This document shows, in pieces, positions 59,388 through 64,000 of a stretch of 64,000 nt of DNA. The translations under genes and the position numbers were made by a program. Each line of letters starts with the position of its first letter. Within the stretch, counting starts at the first letter, position 1. This stretch comes from an uncultured delta proteobacterium (GTDB lineage: Bacteria; Desulfobacterota; Binatia; Binatales; Binataceae), in NCBI GenBank assembly GCA_963724765.1, contig CAVRVY010000004.1:96001-160000 (forward strand), written 5' to 3'. The notes under the pieces are model-generated. The model saw only the letters and a list, made by a program, of their open reading frames with translations. It searched no databases and was not told the DNA's origin.

Positions 59388-59478
59388 CCTTTAACCCGCC
59401 ACAGAGAGGGCGGAAAGGGTAAGACGATGAAAATGTATATGTCAGGACCCGGCTGCGCCCGCAGGCGGGTATTTTTTT
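59388..59478 (+). promoter_or_regulatory. PyrR-binding leader RNA with terminator/antiterminator (pyr attenuator)
   Basis: CCTTTAA-CCCGCC-ACAGAGAG-GGCGG-AAAGG matches the PyrR binding-loop architecture; downstream hairpin 59447-59470 plus T7; GGGCG..GGGT can alternatively pair with ACCC..CGCCC. Confidence 0.82.
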
Positions 59479-59551
59479 GCGCCGCCGCACCACGCGCGGT
59501 CTCAGCTACAGCAGAAAGCATCGCCGCAAGCGGACCCGGAAGCGGAGACTG

Positions 59552-60121
59552 ATGAGCGCGCAGGCCAACCTCAAACCGGCGCAAGCGCTCGACGCCTCGG
59601 CGATTGCGCGCTCAGTCAAACGGATCGCGCACGAGATTGTCGAGCGCAATAATGGCGCCGGCAATATCGTCCTGATCGGCATCGTACGCCGCGGGGCTCG
59701 CCTCGCCGAACGGCTGGCCGAAGCGATGGCCGAAGGCGGCAAACGCGCGGTGCCGGTCGGCACGCTCGACATTTCCTCATACCGCGACGACGGGCGCGGC
59801 GCGCCGGGCGACCCGCGGCTGCTCGGTCGCGACATCCCGTTCGCGCTCGATCGCATTCGCGTGGTGCTGGTCGACGACGTGCTTTATACCGGACGCACCG
59901 TGCGCGCGGCGCTCGACGCGCTGGCCGACCTTGGCCATCCGGAATCGATTCAGCTCGCCGTGCTGGTGGATCGCGGCGAGCGCGAACTGCCGATCCGCGC
60001 CGACTACGTCGGCCGCAATATCGAGGCGCCGCGCGACCAGCGGGTGTACGTGCGCCTGGCCGAAGTCGACGGCGTCGACGAGGTCGTAATCGGCGGCGCC
60101 AAAAAGGGCACGGCGGCCTGA
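59552..60121 (+). CDS. pyrR: Pyrimidine operon regulator/uracil phosphoribosyltransferase
   Basis: KRIAHEIVERN, LDI..YRDD, VLVDDVLYTGRTVRAALDAL, LVDRG.RELPIRADYVG. Confidence 0.95.
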   Translation: MSAQANLKPAQALDASAIARSVKRIAHEIVERNNGAGNIVLIGIVRRGARLAERLAEAMAEGGKRAVPVGTLDISSYRDDGRGAPGDPRLLGRDIPFALDRIRVVLVDDVLYTGRTVRAALDALADLGHPESIQLAVLVDRGERELPIRADYVGRNIEAPRDQRVYVRLAEVDGVDEVVIGGAKKGTAA

Positions 60122-60126
60122 GCGCG

Positions 60127-62097
60127 ATGGCACGGCTGGGAAAAAACGACATCGTCTCGATCGAAGACCTGACGACGGTTGATATCGAGCGGATTTTCGA
60201 GCTCGCGGACTCGTTTGTCACGGGCCTCGAACGCGGCGAGACGCTCGAGCGCGCCCACGGCCTCATCATGGCGACGCTTTTCTACGAGCCGTCCACCCGC
60301 ACCCGGCTGAGCTTCGAGTCCGCGATGCATCGCCTCGGCGGCGCAGTCATCAGCTCGCCCGACATGCACGCCTCCTCGGCCGCCAAGGGCGAGACCCTGG
60401 CCGACACGGTGCGCGTGGTGGGCGCCTATGCCGACGTTATCGTGGTGCGGCATCCGCGCGACGGCGCGGCGCGGGTCGCCGCCGAGTACGCGCCATGTCC
60501 GGTGATCAACGCGGGCGACGGCAGCCGCGAGCATCCGACCCAGACGCTTTGCGACCTCTACATCCTGCGCCGCAAGAAAGGGCATCTGCGCGGTTTGACG
60601 GTCGCAATCTGCGGTGATTTAAAATTCGGCCGTACCGTCCATTCGCTGATTTACGCGCTCGCCCGCTTCGGCGCCAATATCGTGGCCGTGCCGTACAACG
60701 GGATGAACGTGCCGGACTATGTGCTGGAACGAGTCGCCGCCGAGAGCAAGTACGGGCTTTCGACGGTCACGATGGAAGAGTTGCGCTCGCTGGCTGGCGG
60801 AATCGACGCGCTTTACCTGACGCCTAACGCGCCACATCAGATGGCGCTGTTCACCTCCGATATGCCGTTGGCTGGCGCTTTGCCGGCGGCGGTAGCGCCC
60901 GTCGCACTCGACGCATTCTACCTGACGCGTCTGCAGCGCGAGCGGATGGACGACAAGGAAGGCGACGGCGGCAAATACGGACATTTCGACGCGCGCGCGC
61001 TCAAGACCAGCCGCACTCATGAGGCGGTCGTGATGCATCCACTGCCGCGCACCGACGAACTGGCCTACGAACTCGATAGCGACCCGCGCGCGGTGTACTT
61101 CGAGCAGGCCGCCGCCGGCGTGCCGGTGCGAATGGCGCTCATCGCGTGGCTGCTCGAGCAGAACGGAACCGAGCGCGTACGTCCGGCCGCGATGGTGCCC
61201 GCGATTCGTTTCAAGGCGCATCCGGCCCCGCGCTGTCCCAACCCGGGATGTATCAGCCGCCACGAAGGAGCTTACCTGGCGCCGCGCTTTCGGCTGGGCC
61301 GCTCGACCGACTCCACGACGCTGCCGCTGGTATGCGAGTTCTGCGAGCGCGAACTCAAAATTGAATTCGTCGGTCACGCGCGCACGCGGCGCTACTACCG
61401 TTTCGACCGCAACCTCTACGGCTATGTGCGTAGCTGGATCGAGGAAGGCTCGCTTGCGGTGTTCGAGAGCGTCAAGCAGGCCGAGGAGAGCGGCTACGAG
61501 CCCTATCGGCGCGGCCCGCAGCGCGAAATCATGAACGCCGACGAAGTCGCGGCGGCTTGCCGCGCGCTGGCCACGCAGATGGCCGCCGACTTGCCCGACC
61601 TCGCCTCCGTCACGATCGTCGGCGTGGTCAGTCACGGTGCGATGCTCGCGATGCGCCTGCGCGATTTGATCGAAGCCAAGACTCATGTGCGTCCGCCATG
61701 CGCGGCGCTCGACGTGTTCGGTGGCGAGGCGGCATTCCATCCACTCGACGGCGGCGGCGGACCTCTCGAAGTTCAAATTGAAGTCAAAGACCGCACGATC
61801 GTCCTGGTCGACGACGTAATTAACAGCGGATGGACCGTGCAGCGCGCGATGACGGCGCTGTGGCAGCGCGGCCGTCCGGCCGCGGTCAAACTCGCGGTGC
61901 TGATCGACCGCGGCCATCGCGCCGTTCCGATCCGGCCCAACTACGTCGGCAAGAATATCCCGACCGCCCGGGCCGAGCGGGTCCAGGTCCGCTTGGCAGC
62001 GCCTGAGGGCGCCGCGCCGGGCCGCGCCAAAGCGCAGGATCGCGTCGTCATCTACTCGATGGTCGACTCGCTCAAGGAAGGAGAAAACGCCGGATGA
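60127..62097 (+). CDS. pyrB: Aspartate carbamoyltransferase fusion: PyrB + PyrI Zn domain + Ada-like small domain + PyrR-like PRTase domain
   Basis: FYEPSTRT, KGETL.DT, VRH, HPTQ, GDLKFGRTVHSL, TRLQRER, MHPLPR; then CPNPGCIS...CEFCE; then VLVDDVINSGWTV...LIDRGHR..PIRPNYVGKNIPT; no internal stop. Confidence 0.93.
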   Translation: MARLGKNDIVSIEDLTTVDIERIFELADSFVTGLERGETLERAHGLIMATLFYEPSTRTRLSFESAMHRLGGAVISSPDMHASSAAKGETLADTVRVVGAYADVIVVRHPRDGAARVAAEYAPCPVINAGDGSREHPTQTLCDLYILRRKKGHLRGLTVAICGDLKFGRTVHSLIYALARFGANIVAVPYNGMNVPDYVLERVAAESKYGLSTVTMEELRSLAGGIDALYLTPNAPHQMALFTSDMPLAGALPAAVAPVALDAFYLTRLQRERMDDKEGDGGKYGHFDARALKTSRTHEAVVMHPLPRTDELAYELDSDPRAVYFEQAAAGVPVRMALIAWLLEQNGTERVRPAAMVPAIRFKAHPAPRCPNPGCISRHEGAYLAPRFRLGRSTDSTTLPLVCEFCERELKIEFVGHARTRRYYRFDRNLYGYVRSWIEEGSLAVFESVKQAEESGYEPYRRGPQREIMNADEVAAACRALATQMAADLPDLASVTIVGVVSHGAMLAMRLRDLIEAKTHVRPPCAALDVFGGEAAFHPLDGGGGPLEVQIEVKDRTIVLVDDVINSGWTVQRAMTALWQRGRPAAVKLAVLIDRGHRAVPIRPNYVGKNIPTARAERVQVRLAAPEGAAPGRAKAQDRVVIYSMVDSLKEGENAG

Positions 62098-63461
62098 GCC
62101 GAATCCTCCTGCGCGGTGGCCGGCTTATCGATCCGGCGCGCGAAATCGACGAGATCTGCGACCTGCTCGTCGCCGAGGGCAAAGTCGAGACGATTGCGCC
62201 GCCGGGCCGGCTCGGCAGCTCCGAGGGCGCGACGATTATCGACGCGACCGGATGCTGGGTCGTGCCCGGGCTCGTCGATCCCCACGTGCATCTGCGCGAC
62301 CCCGGCTTTCCCGAGAAGGAGACGATCGCGACCGGGCTGCGCGCGGCGGCGGCCGGCGGCTTTACCGCGGTGGCCGCGATGGCGAACACTTCGCCGGTCA
62401 ACGACACTCCCGAGGTGACGCGCTACATGCTCGAACATGCCGCGGCCGTTCATGCGGCGCGGCTGGTCCCGGTCTCGGCGGTGACGCGGGGGCTGGGCGG
62501 GCGGGAGACGGTCGACTTTGCGGCGATGGTGGCGGCCGGCGCGCAGCTTTTTTCCGACGACGGAATTCCGATCGACGACCAGGCGGTGCTGGCCAGTGCG
62601 ATGGAGCAAATCGCGCGGTTGGGCTTCGCGATTTCCTTGCACGAGGAAGACCGCGCGCTCACCGCCAACGGCGCGGTCAACGCGGGCGAGGTCTCCAAGC
62701 ATCTAGGCGTGGCGGGCGTGCCGGCGGCCGCCGAAACCGAGCGCATCCGGCGCGACCTGGCGCTGGCGATCGGCGCCGGTGCGCCAGTCCATATCGCGCA
62801 CGTCTCGACCGCGCTCTCGCTCGATCTGATCCGCGCGGCGCGCAAGCGCGGCGCCCAGCTCACCTGCGAGGCCACGCCGCATCACTTCGCGCTCGACGAT
62901 CGCGCGGTGCTCCGATGGGGCCCGAGTGCCAAGATGGCGCCGCCGCTGCGCTCGGCCCACGATGTCGACGCGGTGGTAGCAGCGATCGCCGACAGCACGA
63001 TAGATATGATTGCGACAGATCATGCGCCGCACGATCCGCACTCCAAGCGGATGGAACGGCTGGCCGGGCTTTTCAGCTCCGGAAGCGACTGCGGGCGGCT
63101 CGCCGAGGGCGAAGTCGAGGCGCTGACGCAGGCCGCCAACGGCGTGGTGGGACTCGAAACCGCGCTGGGCCTCGTGCTCGAACTGGTCCATCGCGCAGTG
63201 ATCGGTCCGGCGCGGATGGTCGAGATGATGTCGCTGAAGAGCACGCAGCTACTGAGAATCGACGGCGGTACGTTGGAGGAGGGAGCGCGCGCGGATATAA
63301 CGCTTATCGATCCGAATATGGAATGGACAGTGGATCCGGCGAAATTCATTTCAAAAAGCCGTAACAGCCCGTTTGCCGGGCGGCGGTTGAAGGGCAGGGC
63401 AATATTGACGATCGTCGCGGGCGATGTCGTGTACGACGGCAGAACAGGGACGCAGGTGTGA
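62094..63461 (+). CDS. pyrC: Dihydroorotase (long, class I type)
   Basis: PGLVDPHVHLRDPG, GGFT.V..MANT.P, FSDDG, HEED, HVST, TPHH, PPLR, ATDHAPH, SKSRNSPF. Confidence 0.94.
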   Translation: MSRILLRGGRLIDPAREIDEICDLLVAEGKVETIAPPGRLGSSEGATIIDATGCWVVPGLVDPHVHLRDPGFPEKETIATGLRAAAAGGFTAVAAMANTSPVNDTPEVTRYMLEHAAAVHAARLVPVSAVTRGLGGRETVDFAAMVAAGAQLFSDDGIPIDDQAVLASAMEQIARLGFAISLHEEDRALTANGAVNAGEVSKHLGVAGVPAAAETERIRRDLALAIGAGAPVHIAHVSTALSLDLIRAARKRGAQLTCEATPHHFALDDRAVLRWGPSAKMAPPLRSAHDVDAVVAAIADSTIDMIATDHAPHDPHSKRMERLAGLFSSGSDCGRLAEGEVEALTQAANGVVGLETALGLVLELVHRAVIGPARMVEMMSLKSTQLLRIDGGTLEEGARADITLIDPNMEWTVDPAKFISKSRNSPFAGRRLKGRAILTIVAGDVVYDGRTGTQV

Positions 63462-64000
63462 GCGCACAGCGCGAAGCGATACTGGCGCTAGCCGACGGCC
63501 GCATCTTTCGCGGCCGCGCCTTTGGCGCGATCGGCGAAATCGTGGGCGAAGTCGTATTCAACACCGCGATGACCGGTTACCAGGAAGTGCTCACCGATCC
63601 GTCGTACAAGGGACAGATCGTCTGCATGACCTGCCCGGAGATCGGCAACGTCGGAATCAATGCCGACGATGCTGAGTCGGCGGGCCTTCACGTCGAGGGC
63701 TTCGTGGTCAAGGACTATCGTCCGCGGCCGTCGAACTGGCGCTCCGAGATGGCGCTCGGCGAATACCTCGAGCGCGCTGGAGTGCCTGGAATCGAAGGAA
63801 TCGACACGCGTGCGCTGGTACGCCACATCCGCAACCACGGCGCGCAGGAGGCGGTGATTTCCAGCGTCACGCTCGACCCCGACGCGCTGGTCGCGCGCGC
63901 CAAGGCCTCGCCGGGGCTGGTCGGCCGCGATCTGGTCAAGGAGGTCACCTGCACCGAGCCATACGACTGGGATCTCGGGGATTGGGAACTCGGGACAGGC
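63458..64000 (+). CDS. carA: Carbamoyl-phosphate synthase small subunit, 5' part (runs off the window)
   Basis: Not in the ORF track; GTG overlaps the pyrC stop (GTGA); AILALADG..F.G.AFGA.GE..GEVVFNTAMTGYQEVLTDPSYKGQIV...GIDTRALVRHIR..G. Confidence 0.96.
   Translation, partial: MSAQREAILALADGRIFRGRAFGAIGEIVGEVVFNTAMTGYQEVLTDPSYKGQIVCMTCPEIGNVGINADDAESAGLHVEGFVVKDYRPRPSNWRSEMALGEYLERAGVPGIEGIDTRALVRHIRNHGAQEAVISSVTLDPDALVARAKASPGLVGRDLVKEVTCTEPYDWDLGDWELGTG

Noticed and set aside
59477-59551. Arg/Lys-rich N-terminal extension or leader peptide of pyrR
   Set aside because: Its TTG lies in the terminator U tract with no SD; ATG 59552 has GGAG upstream and matches PyrR length

Overview
GC-rich bacterial chromosomal window. 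The mix of many CoA-transferase/crotonase/acyl-CoA dehydrogenase paralogues with a deltaproteobacterial-style sucCD-ndk-rlmN-mtnP and lepA-lepB-pyrR-pyrB-pyrC-carA backbone suggests a Candidatus Binatota-like or related lineage; this is inference only. About 1-39.5 kb is accessory: a YtcA-MdtN-FUSC efflux cluster with a divergent TolC lipoprotein, a CMD/AhpD-family gene interrupted by an in-frame TGA in a CxxU motif with a SECIS-like hairpin (probable selenoprotein), a YCF48-RND(MMPL)-DUF1302-DUF1329 envelope-transport module, Kelch and VWA proteins, a hydantoinase/MetE-like/crotonase and cyclase/3x CoA-transferase catabolic set, DUF3300-DUF2950, and a doubly frameshifted acyl-CoA synthetase. 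About 39.7-64 kb is mostly core metabolism (icd, mdh, sucCD, ndk, rlmN, mtnP, ugd, lepA, lepB, pyr operon with a PyrR attenuator). The most unusual element is a 656-aa aspartate transcarbamoylase. It fuses PyrB, the PyrI zinc domain only, a Cys-less Ada-like small domain and a second, degenerate PyrR-like domain, and it lies next to an intact pyrR. No rRNA, tRNA, CRISPR array or transposase was seen. Family names come from motif recognition by eye, not from database searches.
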